NCBI GenBank assembly: GCA_044892525.1
Contig: CM097885.1
Span: 173,538,001 to 173,602,000, forward strand
Direction of reading: 5' to 3'
From: Schmidtea polychroa
Lineage: Eukaryota
DNA length: 64,000 bases
A model generated the notes under the pieces. That model did no database searches and was not told the origin of the DNA. It saw only the letters and a list, made by a program, of their open reading frames with translations. Both the position numbers and the translations under genes were made by a program. Positions 61,793 to 64,000 of the stretch are shown in pieces (the first letter of the stretch is position 1; every line of letters starts with the position of its first letter).

Positions 61793-63594
61793 TAATTGAC
61801 TATTAAAATAACTTTTAAAATAATTTTTAAATTGAATTTTTTAAATTGAGATTTTAAAATTTTAAAATTTATAAATTAAACAAGCTTTTTATTAGTAAAT
61901 CATTTTTAAATAAATATATTTTAAATATCGAAATTTTAATAAATGGTTTTGAACATATTTTACTCAACGCTGAAAATTTGTTATTATACAATATTTCATT
62001 CAAATAAATGGAATTATGACGTTTACTTTTGAACCGGATTTAAAAAATAATTTAGAAGATGTGTTAGCATTTTCTTATAAGTTACATTGAGATATTTTGA
62101 CGGGCTATTTTGTTGGGTGCCAGTCACCGGATAATTTAAAGTATCCAGGAGCCCATTAGTAATGATTTTTGAAGGCAGTTGTGAGCATAAGTTAATCCCT
62201 AAAAGAACTAGATCCTTATTTCAAAATTTGTGCTTTTTCATTATTTTTGGTTATTTTTCGTCTGAAGTCGATGTTGACACACCCAATAAATAAACCAAAT
62301 ATCAAAGAGCTATTTACCACGAACATTGTGTTTAGGTTAATTTTAATTTCCACGTGTTGTTGACTTGATTTTTTGATAAGTGAATTTTTAGAGCCAGTAG
62401 ATAATGCAATCAGTGTTGAAAGTAATAAAGAAACAGACTATTGAGGATATCAGTAATGAACGGTATTGGATAACAATCATGAATAGAAATTGACAAATGT
62501 TGGAAGATATGGTGATCTCATAGTGAGCCATTGAATTATCTTTTCGAAATTTATATAAATATTGTTGGGCTTTTATTTGTCATAATATTAAACATTTATT
62601 AGAAATCAATTTGGTAAATCTTTTGCTATTGCTTTTTATTAACCATAAATAAAATCGTCGAGAAGTATCAGACTTTGGCTACGATCAAACCAAAAGCATG
62701 TTGTGATTCCTGATCTACTTATATGTAATTTAATCGCCGTGGTATTCTGCGATACTGGGCTTACCTTTTACCACCAGAACACGTATTTAACCAAGCGTTA
62801 CTAGTCGTCATTCACACGGGTCACATGAGTATACCGATAAACGGCGCAGTGAAATTACTCCAGATGAACGGGGTAGTACAACTGCCACTCCCTGTGATAC
62901 ATGCTATTTTACTTCCTTGTCAGTTGAAGTGCTGAGGACGAAAAGACTTTGAACTAAGTATTATTGAAAGCTATCTCGCCCTAAGAAAAGTAAAAACCTT
63001 TTGTTAGAAACGAATTCTATTCAATGACATTATACAATTACAATACCATAATAAATAGAAACAAAATCCTTACTTCCGTGGTCAGATTCGTTTACAAAAA
63101 GATTGTAGTTGAGACTCACAAATCGATTAAATTGTGACTGAAAATGCCACGGTCTGTATACCGTAATTTTTGTGTGCGAGTATGTGTGCGTACATTGATT
63201 CAGTAAAACAAATTTGAATTATTTAATTCAACTTAATTTTGAATCTTAAATTTTATCAATTTTGATGGCGGTTTTCGTAATTTTTTATTTATTTTGTTTT
63301 CTAGTCTATACATTTTATTTATTTTTAATTATTTTCGACGCCATGATGGATATGGGTGTTTTCTAGAATATTCTATGTCGTTTTCAGAGATTTTATTACC
63401 TAATTCCTATTTATTTTAATTCCTATATTATTTCAGGTTAATTTTTTTTTCTAATTTAACTTTTCAAATTTTATCTTTAATTTAATTTCTACTAGCTTCT
63501 TGGCGGCCATGATGGATTTCGTCACTTTTATTGAATATTCTTGTTTCTATTCATTGATATTTTAAATATTTTATCCTTACTTTATTATCTAACG

Positions 63595-64000
63595 TTAACG
63601 AATATGGTGGGGGTAGCCAGGAATGGTAATGTCGTAATATACGTGGTCTATGATGTTTGCGTTTTCTATGAAGTAAGACAAATCTATTTGAGGTAATTTA
63701 TAATCCATCTTTTGTAATTCTGTGAAGATAGAAGTTCTAGATATTGCTGAAATGCCTGGTTTTGAAAATAAATCAGCTACTACGTTTTGTTTGGCAGAAA
63801 ATTGTTTTATATTAAATTTAAACTCAGAGAGAAAAGCTATCTGTTTATGTTGCCTCGGTGAATGAGTATTTAAAGTTAAAAGTGTAAATTGGGGTTTGAA
63901 AATTTGACTTATACTAATTCTGAAAATGAGGATTTTGTGCGTTCTTCCACTGGATAAGGTAGAAAACCCAAGGGGCAATCACCTTTCCTTGTACGAGTCT
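63595..64000 (-). pseudogene. Ty3/gypsy pol fragment (RNase H C-terminus)
   Basis: HSPRQHKQIAFLSEFKFNIKQFSAKQNVVADLFS matches the SPRQxR..F..F...I....GK.NVVADxLS pattern. Confidence 0.75.

Noticed and set aside
62790-62900. LLVVIHTGHMSI resembling an integrase zinc-binding start
   Set aside because: Too short and degraded to call without a search.

Overview
Very AT-rich eukaryotic (probably invertebrate) genomic DNA with six assembly gaps. One complete host gene is present: a 15-exon sarcosine dehydrogenase (SARDH) on the minus strand, 3981-45358. I joined all exons by hand; every intron is GT-AG and the phases agree, giving 909 aa. Its long introns and the downstream region are packed with transposons: hAT elements and MITEs with intact 8-bp TSDs, Tc1/pogo/mariner, a piggyBac MITE, Ty3/gypsy pieces and Penelope-like GIY-YIG remnants. 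The most striking system is a cluster of Polinton/Maverick-related insertions. (i) A near-full-length protein-primed DNA polymerase B pseudogene (about 50020-53504) whose N-terminal region is split by three short phase-1 GT-AG introns of host-like size. (ii) A second, antisense polB remnant (about 16330-17205) inside inverted arms. (iii) Several elements with AGTAG...CTACT termini, two of them non-coding copies with perfect 6-bp TSDs (20514-25821, ATAGTG; 39115-41324, TAAATG), linked to the polB locus by shared sequence. A hammerhead-ribozyme-like core sits beside a GIY-YIG tail inside one of them. All coordinates were read manually; no database searches were run.
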